NCBI GenBank assembly: GCA_002366595.1
Contig: DFBK01000011.1
Location: 13,540-77,539 of the forward strand
Origin: Anaerolineales bacterium UBA3082
Lineage (GTDB): Bacteria > Chloroflexota > Anaerolineae > UBA7937
Direction of reading: 5' to 3'
DNA: 64,000 nt
Positions 1-10,800 of the stretch are shown here, piece by piece. Position 1 is the stretch's first letter. Every line of letters begins with the position of its first letter. The position numbers were made by a program, and so were the translations under genes. Below the pieces are notes generated by a model, which saw only the letters and a list, made by a program, of their open reading frames with translations, had not been told where the DNA came from and did no database searches.

Positions 1-262
1 TGCGGCATATGGGTCTTTATCGGCGATGCGGACTTGATATGTGTATGTACTGGGAGAACGGGGTGCCGTTGGCCGAGGGGAAAGTGTGCCCTGGATCGGC
101 TCTGCCTGCGGCAGGGTAATGGAGCATCCTGCCGATGCCAAAACGGCGATGAAGAACAAACCCATAGTGGTTGCCAAACTATATGCACAGCGCCTCGGCA
201 TCACTATCTCTAATCTTGTCCGCCCTCTTGAGGGGCTAGACTAGGATGCTCGTGAAAGGGTA

Positions 263-2896
263 TCAACCTTGCAACTCCACCTTCACCCAATCCAACATAA
301 TTCCCAAGTCTCTACTGTCCTCGCTTAACCCCGCGGCCCGAGGGTTCCAGGTGTCGGTTTCCAAGCGAAGGACTGGGTTGCGACCCGCGAAGTCAGCCAA
401 GAGGATCGCTGGCACCGAAGCGCGATATGTATCGAACTCTGGGCCCAGTTCGAACTCGTCCAGCAACACTTCGTTCAAGTAAAGGGATACGTTGGACGAG
501 GGTGTTCCCTCTGGCCGGGGGCTTGCCATCCGGAGAGTCACCCCCATTGCCCTAGATGCCTTGAGCGGGGGCAGTGCTATCTGAGCGACTTGCCCCGTCC
601 ATCGGAAGTCGATCGTATCCAGACCTCTTTCTTTATGGTAGAAGCCTCCAAGCAGAAAGTTTGAATCCAACAAGCCTATGTCTAGGTAAAAGGGGTAAGC
701 GGGCTTGCTCTCGGCCTCCTCCGTCGAAAGCAAGAGGTAGATCTCGAGGGGTAGAGTAAAGCGGAGTCTCTGGGTCGGGATATGCTCATACGAGTGTTCC
801 AAGGCTGGTACGTCGATCCAAAGCCCCTCGCGTGGAATGAGAACGAACTCATCCGAGAATGGGGCTGGGGCGTCATCCCCTTTGATCAGAAACAGCTCCT
901 TCCCTTTGCGTTGCCAATCTCTGGCTAGTTTCTCTAGGGCCGGAATATCCCTTTTGGCGCCTCGAAACCCGAATATCTCTCTCTGGAAGATGTACTGGAG
1001 GGGCGTACCGACAAGATCGCTAACCCCTACCGCCTGGCTTTGGGGGACCAGCACCATCGCCTCTTCGGGAAGAAGGTTTGCCAAAACCTGCAACTGACTC
1101 GCCGCTCCTTGGTATTCCACGTGCCCTATGATATACCAATCCACTCGCAGAAGCAAGAGGATGAGGACAACGCTGAGGGCCAAGGAAAGGTACCGTTCCC
1201 ATCCTCCGAGAGGCGCGCTATCTCGGGCCCAGAGAAGGGCATAGGCGGCTAGGATGAGGAAAGAGGGGATCACCACCGGCACATAGCGGCGCATGACGTA
1301 GATATGGTGGGGGTTGGCCAGAGTGCGATAGAGATACAAGGTGGAGAAAAGGGAAGCGATAGCCAGGAAGTAGAGGTTTTTCGGCGAGAGGTCTCGCCAA
1401 AGAACGGCTGAGGCACCCACTGCCGCCAGCCATATCCCCAAAGGCGAGAGGTACCATCCCAGTCGTACCAGGTTCTGGTGATCATAATTGGGGATCCAGG
1501 CGTCGACGTACCAATAGTAGAAGGATTCAACATGACCAAGGGCAGGCCGTACAAAGTAGCCGTAGAGGGCCAGAAGGCAAACCATGATGATCAGTGCCCC
1601 CAGGATTCCCCTCCGGCGAGACCATAGAGCATCCCCCAAGCGGGAGATCCTATCGGCTCGAGCCAGGAGGAGAAAGTAGCCCATGAGGGCCAATGAGAGG
1701 CCCCAGAGAAGGCGAGTGGAGGTGAGGCCCAACCCCTCCAGCACCTGGCTGTAGGTGTCCTTGACATAGGGCCAAGAAAAAGCCCGCCAGTGAAGCAAGG
1801 AATGCGAAACCATGAAAAGTAGGGGCAGGAAGAACCAAGCGTGAGCGGCTCTCAGCCGGCGAGAGAGGCTCAAGTAAAGGAAGAAAATCAAGGGAGGGAT
1901 CAGGAGCAAAGGTGCATCTATGCGGGTCAGAAGCACCGCGCCGAGGGAGAGCCCTGCCGCCAGAGCGAAGAGCCGCTGGGGTCGTTGCCCGTCAACCCAA
2001 GCGGCGAAGGCATAGATCGCACTAAAGACGAGAAACTGGGATAGTGCTTCCGAGGTCGGATAGCGGGCGAACCAAATCTGGGCAGCGGTGATAGTAAGGA
2101 GGAACGCGGCTAGACCGGCAACTCGAGCGTCGAAGAGCCTCCGGGTAGCGAAATACACGCTCAATACCCCCAGCAACCCCCAGCAAGGAGTAGCGTATAG
2201 GCTACCATTGAGACCAAAGAGGCGATGAAAGAGAGCTATCCAGAGGGGATGCAAGGGCAGGAATTGAGGACTGATGAGGCCTCTCTCCAAGTCGATGATG
2301 TAGAAACCGGGAAACCTCAAGTAGCGGGCCGTAGAACTTGGAGGCTGCTCGCGGAGCAGCAGAGGAGCTAGCAAGGGATCCAACTCGCCCAGTTCCTTAT
2401 CTTCGATGCGGAGGGAACCGGTAGTGGCGATATTAGCTCCCTGGCTCACGTAAACGCCAGCATCGGCCCCTCCAAACAGGTATTCGTGCGGATGGAAGAA
2501 CAGCGCTGCCGCCAGGGCCAGGATGCCTGCCAAGACGAGAGTGTGGCGAGAGGGATGCCAGCGGGTTGTCGGAAGAGCTACAGCGCGCGCGTGGAGGAGG
2601 TATAGGACAAGTGCCGAGAGGTAACCGAGGAGTAGAAAGACCAAATTGCGAAGAGTAAGCCAACCTATCTCTCCCAGCAGCAGAGCGATGCAGGAAGTAA
2701 GGAGCACGCTGAGGAGTAAGGAAAGAAAGCAAAGATCGGGCACGTCCTCTGTAGATTCCTGGCTTTCGGTCGGCAGCGTCTCCGGTCTAAAGGCCCCGAA
2801 CGCGGCCAGGGTGGCATAGCCCGGAAGGAAAAAGAACAGAGGCAACGAAATCAACGCTTGTAGAACCGCGGTCAAGTTGGGCAAGCTCGCGCACAC
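263..2896 (-). CDS. Large polytopic membrane protein (877 aa), GT-C-like (ArnT/PMT-family-like) putative glycosyltransferase with C-terminal soluble domain
   Basis: Long ORF. The N-terminal ~640 aa contain >12 hydrophobic helices with short loops, typical of COG1807/ArnT-like GT-C enzymes. The C-terminal ~230 aa are hydrophilic. No clear catalytic motif could be verified by eye. Confidence 0.55.
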   Translation of the reverse strand: MCASLPNLTAVLQALISLPLFFFLPGYATLAAFGAFRPETLPTESQESTEDVPDLCFLSLLLSVLLTSCIALLLGEIGWLTLRNLVFLLLGYLSALVLYLLHARAVALPTTRWHPSRHTLVLAGILALAAALFFHPHEYLFGGADAGVYVSQGANIATTGSLRIEDKELGELDPLLAPLLLREQPPSSTARYLRFPGFYIIDLERGLISPQFLPLHPLWIALFHRLFGLNGSLYATPCWGLLGVLSVYFATRRLFDARVAGLAAFLLTITAAQIWFARYPTSEALSQFLVFSAIYAFAAWVDGQRPQRLFALAAGLSLGAVLLTRIDAPLLLIPPLIFFLYLSLSRRLRAAHAWFFLPLLFMVSHSLLHWRAFSWPYVKDTYSQVLEGLGLTSTRLLWGLSLALMGYFLLLARADRISRLGDALWSRRRGILGALIIMVCLLALYGYFVRPALGHVESFYYWYVDAWIPNYDHQNLVRLGWYLSPLGIWLAAVGASAVLWRDLSPKNLYFLAIASLFSTLYLYRTLANPHHIYVMRRYVPVVIPSFLILAAYALLWARDSAPLGGWERYLSLALSVVLILLLLRVDWYIIGHVEYQGAASQLQVLANLLPEEAMVLVPQSQAVGVSDLVGTPLQYIFQREIFGFRGAKRDIPALEKLARDWQRKGKELFLIKGDDAPAPFSDEFVLIPREGLWIDVPALEHSYEHIPTQRLRFTLPLEIYLLLSTEEAESKPAYPFYLDIGLLDSNFLLGGFYHKERGLDTIDFRWTGQVAQIALPPLKASRAMGVTLRMASPRPEGTPSSNVSLYLNEVLLDEFELGPEFDTYRASVPAILLADFAGRNPVLRLETDTWNPRAAGLSEDSRDLGIMLDWVKVELQG

Positions 2897-2959
2897 CTTT
2901 CTGGTTTGGAAGGAAATTCGCCTTTGCCTCTCGTACCGTCCGAGGGGAGAGAGGCGGTC

Positions 2960-4228
2960 CTAGTCAGAGTTCTCCTTGTCTGCACCTAGTCTGGCGTAAA
3001 CTACTTCTATCTCCCCCACGTGTTCCTCTAGAGTCTTCACCGGCTGTATGTTGTTCTTCAGGCCCTCCAGAATAGATGGGTTAGCCACTATCTCTCGCAA
3101 GAGATGGGAGAGATGGGCTACATCGCCAGGAGGAAATAGGAACCCATCAACGCCATGACGCACCTTTTCCGCCAAGGCGCCTATGCCTGAGGCAATTACT
3201 GGAACTCCAGCGGCGAATGCCTCTTCTACGACCAGGGGGGACACCTCGTACCACAAGGAGGGGATAACGACGACGTCAGCCTGGGCTAGGGTAGACCACA
3301 ATTGTGAACGGGGGATGAGGCCGCGGAAGGTTATGGAGGAGTCCCCCACCATCTCTCTTAGCGCGCAAGTGTAATCTGGGAAAGCCTGTTCATCCCCACA
3401 TACGGCGAGGGTGGCCGGGACGGAGCCTAGGCTCTGGAAGGCCTGGACCAGGGTGTGAAGTCCCTTCTGCCAGGCGATCCCTCCGAGATATAGAAAGTTC
3501 AAGCCATCTTCGGCTCGCCCGGGCAAGCTATCGATGGGAGGGTCTATCCCATGTTCTATGAGGCGGACCTTTTCTTTCGGGAGGCCCTGTCTCGAGAAGA
3601 TGGAACGCACAAACTCAGTGGGGCAGATTATCAGATCGGTCGCCGCGAGGGCCTTTCTTAAGAGTCTATCTCTGTAAGCAAAGAGGCCCGCGGCAAGGGG
3701 TCCAGGAAAGAGGGGAGCAGGGATCCCAACTCTAGGGGCCGCGCAAGAATAAGCGCAGTTGAGCCAAAGCCTAGGGCCTGGGCACAACTTGTTATCTCCC
3801 CACCGCAGAAGTTGGGCATTAGGGCAGAGAAACCAATAGTCATGCAGGGTCAAAACCGTGGGGATGCCCCGGTCTTTGGCGATGACCATCAACCTATCAG
3901 AGAGGCCCTTAAGGTGCTGAAAATGTATCAAATCGGGAGCTTCTTCCTCTAACACTTCTGTGAAACTTTCGTCCACAAAAGGGTTGCGAAAGGAAGAGAG
4001 GAATAGCGATAAAGGGTTTCGGGCCGCCATATCGTAAAGGGTATATACCTTCAAGCCGTCGGAGCCAAATCTCATCCCCAGCCTTCTTTCACCTGAGGTT
4101 TCTCCCCGACAGAAGACTATGACCTCGTGTCCCCTATTCTTCAAGGCTCGAGACAGGTTTTGGGTGTATATCTCAGTGCCCCCGATCTTCTGGGGAGGAT
4201 ACTGATGGACTACCTGTAGGATGCGCAT
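2960..4228 (-). CDS. Glycosyltransferase family 4 (GT-B fold)
   Basis: N-terminus 'MRILQVVHQYPPQKIGGTEIYTQNLSRALKNRGHEVIVF' is a Glyco_trans_4-like beginning. The C-terminal Glycos_transf_1 region has the 'NFLYLGG...KG' start and an E-x7-E-like 'EVSPLVVEEAFAAGVPVIAS'. Confidence 0.85.
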   Translation of the reverse strand: MRILQVVHQYPPQKIGGTEIYTQNLSRALKNRGHEVIVFCRGETSGERRLGMRFGSDGLKVYTLYDMAARNPLSLFLSSFRNPFVDESFTEVLEEEAPDLIHFQHLKGLSDRLMVIAKDRGIPTVLTLHDYWFLCPNAQLLRWGDNKLCPGPRLWLNCAYSCAAPRVGIPAPLFPGPLAAGLFAYRDRLLRKALAATDLIICPTEFVRSIFSRQGLPKEKVRLIEHGIDPPIDSLPGRAEDGLNFLYLGGIAWQKGLHTLVQAFQSLGSVPATLAVCGDEQAFPDYTCALREMVGDSSITFRGLIPRSQLWSTLAQADVVVIPSLWYEVSPLVVEEAFAAGVPVIASGIGALAEKVRHGVDGFLFPPGDVAHLSHLLREIVANPSILEGLKNNIQPVKTLEEHVGEIEVVYARLGADKENSD

Positions 4229-4238
4229 AAATCGTCTC

Positions 4239-5498
4239 TCAGCGGGTGACTTCCTCGTAAATGCCCTTGATCTTCCGGTAGATTATATCCCAAGTGTAGG
4301 AGCGCACGACCTTCTCGTACCCTCGCTCTCCCAATCGCTGAGCCAGATCTTTATTCTCCAGGATTGACCTTATGCTCTGGGACAAGGCGGGAACATCGCC
4401 GAAGGCAACTAGTAGGCCATCCTGACCGTCTTCTACCACCTCTGGCACCCCCCCGGCTAAGGCTCCGATGACCGGTTTTCGATTGACCCATGCCTCAAGA
4501 TAGGCGATGCCGAAGGCGTCCACACGGGAGGGCATGGCCAAGACTGCTGCTGAGGCTAGAAGGTCCCTTTTCTCCGCCTCATCAACAGATCCAAGCAACC
4601 TTATCCGCCTCCGCACCCCCTTTGAAAGTCCCTGATAATACCTTTTGAAGGAGCCCAAAGGCCTCCCTGCTAGAATCAGCTCCGCGTCTATCCCTTTGGC
4701 CCAGAGCCGTTGCATGGCTCGTATGAGGTGGACCGCCCCCTTATCATAAGTTATCGTGCCCAGAAAGGCCACTATCTGCCCCCGTAACCCATATCGCTCT
4801 CGAAAACGCTGTGCATTGCCTCCCTGCAACTGGCGAGGATTCACTCCTACCCCCACCTTGCGTACCCTCGTCGCTTCCATGCCCAACTCAATAAGGTATT
4901 CCCTCTCCAGCTCGGTGAGGGTTATTACTATTTCGCTACCCCGCAACGCTTCCAATTGGTGGCGCATGGTGTGATGCCGCACCACAGAACGCTCCCCTGG
5001 TTCTCCGAGGTGGAGAAGAGGGGTCATGACAAAAGGCAACCCACGGGCACGAGCATAGCGCCATGCAACGATGACCGGATATTCAAAGGATATATTGACG
5101 CCGTGGACGATGGAGAAGGGTTCTTCTTGAGCAGCCAAAACCCTCTCTAGGGTTGGCACCCAGGGCATGTAGCGGGACATAGTCCGAAGGAGAGGTGTGG
5201 TGTCGAAAGGCAAGCCCGAGACCTCAATGGCCGATCTCCGCAGGAGGTAAAAGGAATAAGGGGTCAGGGGCAGATGACGCACTGGACACCGCTGTATCTT
5301 CACGCCGTTATGGACCTCTTTCTTCCTCTCTATCGGCTTCTTGCCCCTGGCCCAGATATGCTCTGTTACTCCTGCGTCGCTGGTGACGACGGTGACCCGG
5401 TTTCCATCCCCCACCAGCCTCTCTGAGATCTCCCGAAGGTAAGTCTCCGCCCCCCCGATATGAGGCCAGTAGAAAGCAGAAACATGTAAGACTTTCAT
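4239..5498 (-). CDS. Glycosyltransferase family 4
   Basis: 'MKVLHVSAFYWPHIGGAETYLREISERLVGDGNRVTVVTSD' is a GT4 N-domain. The C-terminal part has 'IVAFLGTITYDKG...AMPSRVDAFGIAYLEAWVNRKPVIG', matching the Glycos_transf_1 pattern. Confidence 0.85.
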   Translation of the reverse strand: MKVLHVSAFYWPHIGGAETYLREISERLVGDGNRVTVVTSDAGVTEHIWARGKKPIERKKEVHNGVKIQRCPVRHLPLTPYSFYLLRRSAIEVSGLPFDTTPLLRTMSRYMPWVPTLERVLAAQEEPFSIVHGVNISFEYPVIVAWRYARARGLPFVMTPLLHLGEPGERSVVRHHTMRHQLEALRGSEIVITLTELEREYLIELGMEATRVRKVGVGVNPRQLQGGNAQRFRERYGLRGQIVAFLGTITYDKGAVHLIRAMQRLWAKGIDAELILAGRPLGSFKRYYQGLSKGVRRRIRLLGSVDEAEKRDLLASAAVLAMPSRVDAFGIAYLEAWVNRKPVIGALAGGVPEVVEDGQDGLLVAFGDVPALSQSIRSILENKDLAQRLGERGYEKVVRSYTWDIIYRKIKGIYEEVTR

Positions 5499-5894
5499 AC
5501 TCTGCCTGACCTGTTGTCTGTCAATCTGGGCAAAGTATAGCGCATTGTGAGAGTGCAGTCAACGAAGATACCAAAAACTGCGGGGTGGAGAGCGAGGATG
5601 GGCAAGTGGGTAGCAAGCAACGGTTACGAGGCAGAGGTCACGGTTATTGTGTATCCTGGATTTTGCAGAAAGGAAGGGGGCGTGAGTGGGATGAAGTAGG
5701 AGTTGTAGGCCCGCTCGAGGGGCGTAAGATTCTAAGAGCCGATTTGTGAATCCTGCTTTCCTACGGTTGGGCGCTTGACCCAAGGGGTGAATAGGAAGAG
5801 AGATGGTCGCTATTTGGAACAGGCAGATAGGCTATGATTTCGAGGCCAAGAACCTGACGACAGGCCCGATGCGAGATCACGGACTCTAATCTCC

Positions 5895-7745
5895 CTATTT
5901 CACGACGAGAGGGAAGAAGAACTTCTCCACCGGGCCTACATAGAGGGTCACGGGTTGGATGATGTAGGGACTGTTGAGTACCCCTGGGCCGCCATCGATA
6001 GTGATCGAACTGAGATCGTAGGTGCCGGCCGGGTATCCTGAGGCATCCACCGCGACGATGATTTGGGAAGGGGAACTGGCGGTGGCAGTCCCGGAACTGG
6101 GCGTCACCGAGACGACCTCTGGTTGGCTCGCCGTGGCCGTCCAGTTGATGCTTCCTAAGCCTCGATTTCTTATGGTGATGGTATGGTAGGAGGGGGTCGT
6201 GTTCCCACCTTCCTGGTGAAGGAATAGAAGAGACTCCTTGTCCACAGAGAGGGTAGGAGGGGAGGGGTATAGCCCCGTATGCTGAGCGTTCTGGTGGAAG
6301 ATAGGCCAGGGGAGTTCAGCATCCGCCGAGGGACCCACCTCCCAGACATAGAGATAGCCGTGAGTCTGGTCGAAATGGTCGGATCCACCGATAGAGATCT
6401 CCAGTTTGCCATCGTGGTCGATGTCGCCTATCGCCGGTGAGCCGAAAAGGGAAAAAGTGGTAGAGAGGATCTCTTCCAAGGAGCCGTTCCTACCGTAGAT
6501 CTGAACGTCCCAGAGCATGGCAAAGAGTATTTCTAGTTCTCCGTCCCCGTCGTAATCAGCCATGGTAGGGGACGAGCGGATGAAATGATTGGTACTCATG
6601 CTATTCCGAGGGGTGACGGGCCAGCCTGCAACTGGGCTACCGTCGTGGTGCCAGGCGTAAACCTTTCCTTGCTCGAGGTCTCCAGAGCCGATGATGATCT
6701 CTAGATCACCGTCGTTGTCGAGGTCGGCCAGGGCTGGGGAACTGAAGCCGGGGAACTCCGTGGCCGCTGGCCACCCGGGCAGGAGATTCCCATTTCTATC
6801 CCAAGCGTAGACGGCCAGGGTAGTGGGATTGCCCTGGGCCCACCAATACCAACCAGTGCCAACTACGATTTCCAGATAGCCATCGTTGTTGATATCGCCT
6901 ATCGCCGGGGATGAATAGATGGTTTCGTTAATCCAATTCTTGACCAGGACATTGCCGTCCTTGTCGAAGACGTAGAGGTATCCGCCGTCGTAGGTGGGAG
7001 GCGTGATATGAGAATTGCCCGTGATGTCGGCCCCGATGATGATCTCCAGCCCTTCCACGTCAGGGCGCAGATCCGCTATGGCAGGACTCGACCAGATGGA
7101 ATCCCAGTTATCGTGCTCCCAAATCTTTTGGCCATTGTGATCGATCAGGTAGATCCAGCGATCCCAGCCTCCAAAGGCGATTTCCAGATCACCATCCCCA
7201 TCCACATCTCCTAGGGCCGGAGAGGAGAAGACGCCGTCAGTATGCCCATCTCCGTTTTGATCGTAGGTATAGAACTTCCAGAGAAAGGTCCCATCGGCCC
7301 CGTTGTAGGCTACCAGACCACCATGTTGGGCTAGGTCGCCTGGATCGCCTCCTACGCTGACGACTACCTCCATGTCGCCATCGTTGTCAATATCTCCTGC
7401 CGCAGGTGAGGAGTTGATTGGGGCTTCGGCATTCCTCTGCCAGAGGATGCTCCCATCATAGTTAACGGCCACCAGCCAGTAGGGGTTGGCGCTGCTGGTG
7501 CCCACCGCTGTGGTGCCCACTAGGATCTCGTCGTAACCGTCGTTATCGATGTCGGCAAAGATGGGAGACGATTCGATCACTTGGCCGCCCGGAAGTTGCA
7601 CCGGGAAGCCTGGTTTGGTAGAGGCGGAAAGGGGGGCAGAAGCAGCGGGAGTGCGAATAGCCGAAATCAACCAAGTAAACCCTATAATCCAAAGGGAAGA
7701 GATCAACCATCGTATAACCTCTTCCCTTCTTGCTCCTCTCATCAA
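5895..7745 (-). CDS. Secreted/membrane-anchored FG-GAP (VCBS-like) repeat beta-propeller protein with C-terminal Ig-like domain
   Basis: An N-terminal hydrophobic signal/anchor is followed by about eight repeats carrying a Ca-binding-like 'D-x-D/N-x-D-G-x-x-E' motif (DIDNDGYDE, DIDNDGDME, DVDGDGDLE, DINNDGYLE, DLDNDGDLE, DYDGDGELE, DIDHDGKLE), each preceded by 'SSPA'. This is the classic FG-GAP blade signature. The C-terminal ~110 aa are a Ser/Thr-rich beta-sandwich-like segment. Confidence 0.8.
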   Translation of the reverse strand: MMRGARREEVIRWLISSLWIIGFTWLISAIRTPAASAPLSASTKPGFPVQLPGGQVIESSPIFADIDNDGYDEILVGTTAVGTSSANPYWLVAVNYDGSILWQRNAEAPINSSPAAGDIDNDGDMEVVVSVGGDPGDLAQHGGLVAYNGADGTFLWKFYTYDQNGDGHTDGVFSSPALGDVDGDGDLEIAFGGWDRWIYLIDHNGQKIWEHDNWDSIWSSPAIADLRPDVEGLEIIIGADITGNSHITPPTYDGGYLYVFDKDGNVLVKNWINETIYSSPAIGDINNDGYLEIVVGTGWYWWAQGNPTTLAVYAWDRNGNLLPGWPAATEFPGFSSPALADLDNDGDLEIIIGSGDLEQGKVYAWHHDGSPVAGWPVTPRNSMSTNHFIRSSPTMADYDGDGELEILFAMLWDVQIYGRNGSLEEILSTTFSLFGSPAIGDIDHDGKLEISIGGSDHFDQTHGYLYVWEVGPSADAELPWPIFHQNAQHTGLYPSPPTLSVDKESLLFLHQEGGNTTPSYHTITIRNRGLGSINWTATASQPEVVSVTPSSGTATASSPSQIIVAVDASGYPAGTYDLSSITIDGGPGVLNSPYIIQPVTLYVGPVEKFFFPLVVK

Positions 7746-7840
7746 AGCCCCTCTCCCCTCCGACCGGGCTGTATTGCTCAGTCTATGTCCAGTATTCCCC
7801 GCCCTACTGTCGGTGTCAATGGGAAGAAGGTACTAACAGT

Positions 7841-10800
7841 TCAGGGCTCGGTGACCGTCACTTCCCCCAAGGGGACCCTATCTCCTTGTAGTTGCCCGTC
7901 TTCATTCAGCACCGCCAAGCGTTCCATGGTGGAGAGCAGATACATCCCTGCCTCTAGTTGATATCTTCCCGGAGGCGCATCATCGTAAACGAGAAGCTCA
8001 TATTCGTCCCTCACTATCTCGCCCTCCTCCCAAACGGATGTGGGATACCAACCCCCCAAGGGCTGGTTATCCTGCTGTGCCCATATCTTGGAACTCTCGT
8101 CTAGCAAATGGGTGAAGACTGTGTAGTCCTCATCCATCGTCCGCTCCGCTCGCCAATAGAGCGTCAGATGCAACTTCTCCCCTGCAGTTACAGTGTGGGC
8201 ATCCAAGTCATAACCAAGCAGAGCCACCTCATCCCCCAGGCCGACCTCCAAGGGATGCTCTATGGCCGCAAGGTCGATGAACTCTTTTGGCCTAACGATC
8301 ACCAGTGGAAGCTCAACCTTAGTGCTTCTCACGCCTGACTGACGGTCGATGGTCGGCAGGGATCGCGCTTGGTAGTCTATCTCCTCATAGATATCAACTA
8401 CGAGCCGGTAGACCCCTATTGGCAGGTCGAAGGGGATGTAGAACTCATCTTCCACCATCTCCCCCTTGGCCCACTGTGTGGTGGGGAGACCTTTACGGTG
8501 CGGCTGGTCATCGATCTGCCACAACAGGTGATAGTCTTCATTGTGGAGGGCGACTCGAACGAAGTAGTCCTTTTCTAACTCCTCCAAAGCCTGCCAATAG
8601 AGACTAAGGTGCAATATCGGCCCTGGACACAGCCCATTTCGCCCTATTGCCTCTTCCTCGCTTAACACATAACCCAAAAGCGCGATCTTTCCCCCCAGGT
8701 CGACTTGCATAGAATTCGCTATCTCAGACGGGGAGGGTATCCGACGCCTGTCTTGGGGGCCTAGATAGTTGACTAAAGGTTCCTGATCTTCAATGACGGA
8801 TACCCATCCAGCAGGGGTGGAATAGGGCTCGAGGATTTTCCAATCAGAGGAGAGCGAGATAGATGCCGGACCGTATGAATCGGGAGTCTCGATGACAAAA
8901 GGAACATCTATCAGTTGGCCCGGGGCGATGATTAAGGGCGGCTCCAGGGACAATTCCCCGGAGGCGATTTCCTTCCCATCCCGCAGCCACTGGTAGCGGA
9001 CCCGATAAGGAGTCAAAGAATCCCTCACGTAACTGCTGCGACCCCGGTTGTATAGTCGCACATAAAGAAGAAAGGGACTTCCTTTTGGCACTTGGCAAGG
9101 GACCTCAAACGATGTCAAGAGAGTGGGGTAGTCAATCGGCGGGCTGAGCCGATAGGCGTAGTCGTCCCCTGAGCGATGTACCTCTGTGAGATATGGCGAA
9201 AGACGAGGTATGCTCTCTTGGATGCTTTGCCATTGCTCCTCCGCGAACTCAGCCTGGTGAAGGATGATATAATCCACCCCTAGCCCTTGTAGGAGCTCCA
9301 AGGATCTGATGGAGGGGAATTCCTCTAACTTACGGGCGATCTGAAAGTATAGATCAGGGTAGAAGCCTCCATATCCATTTACGAGATTTTTCCAATGGTA
9401 AGTGGAGTAGTACACACGCCTGGCCTCGAACCAGTGCTCACGGGTCAGGGTATAAAGGGGTAACTCGACTACTGCTAACTCACCCTCCTGCGATGCTAAC
9501 CAGTGGTAGACCTCGGGGACTCTAGGACCATGAGGTGCTAGCTCCAATTTCATCGGCACGGAGATATATTCGATGGCTACTAAAGAAACCATGACCAACC
9601 ATAGGGAGGTTTTGATGCCCTCCTTCTTGACTACTCCAGGCTCAGCAGCCGGTGAACATCTCTCGATCCGTCTCCATAGACTGGAGACCCCAAAACCGGC
9701 TAGGACGCTGAGGGCCAATACTACAAGAACCCCGAATCTGGCAGGGACACGAAACAGTCGAAATCCTGGCACATAGTTGTATAACCAGTGATAAGGTAGA
9801 TAGAGAGATAGCCGGGACTTGGAAAACTGTCCGCCGGTGCCCAGGGAGAGGATGAAAGCCATAACCAGGAGACAGAGGTAGAGGAAAGGGATGGTCTTGC
9901 CCTTCCCCCGGCCTATCAGCAGATCCGAGGTCAAGGAACCGGTCGACAATAGCATGGTAAGCACACCGAAGAGGGCCAAGCCGATGGCTAGAAATCCGGG
10001 AAAGAGCGAATGCTCTGTTAGGTTCAGATAGGGGTCGGCCTCTGCCCGGGAACGTGCTATCCGGCCATAGAGCCAATTGCTTGTCGGTGCTGTTACATAG
10101 TCAGTGAAAAAGGCTCCATACCACTTGACCTCCTCCAATGGACGCTCTAACCCCAACTTTTGGCTAGTGTCAAAGTATGGCTTGGCCAATGGCAAGCTAA
10201 TGGCTGCCGTAGCTAGGACGAAGAGAGCAAGCCGGAGGAAGAGCGCTCGGGATCGCAGGCTCCTCTGCAGCATCAAATAGACAGCGATGAAAAGCCCCGT
10301 TGAGAGAGCCAGGAACACAGCATAGTAATAATCAGATTGGGCCTGAAGATTGAAAAATAGGACAAGTAGGCCAAGATGCTGTTTGGCTTTGGTCTGCATA
10401 AACTTGTGGAGGTAGAGAAGGGTGAAGGGCATCCACTCGGTCGTCATCAGGTTGAGATGGCCAAGGTGGGCGAATCTGTAGGGACAAAAACCGAAGATGA
10501 GCCCTGCAATTACACCCGCCCAGCGGTTGCCTGTGAGATGGGTGACCAGAAGATAGATCCCAAAAGAAGAGAGGGTGAAGGAGACGAGAATGAGCAAGTT
10601 ATAGGCCAGGATCGGGTTCCCACAGAGAAACAAGATAGGGGAAGCCAGCAAGGCGCTGGCCAATGTATTGGGGTGCCAAGTTAGTGTTCGAGGAAAGGGA
10701 TAGAATATGTTTGAATCGAACAGGCGCAACGGATCGGTGGTCAGTTGACGGAGATCCCAAGCGAGCATCCACGCATGCTCAAGAGGATCGCCACCAAAGT

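Noticed and set aside
41-482. Two short plus-strand ORFs (41-244, 246-482) at the window start
   Set aside because: The second overlaps the 3' end of the 877-aa minus-strand gene. Neither has recognisable motifs. Region 1-262 is more likely the 3' flank after the last gene of the array.
2897-2959. Inverted repeat 'gcctctc...gagaggc' between two minus-strand genes, a possible terminator hairpin
   Set aside because: The stem is short (7 bp), the loop is long (~16 nt), and no U-tract follows on the transcribed strand. This is insufficient to call a terminator.
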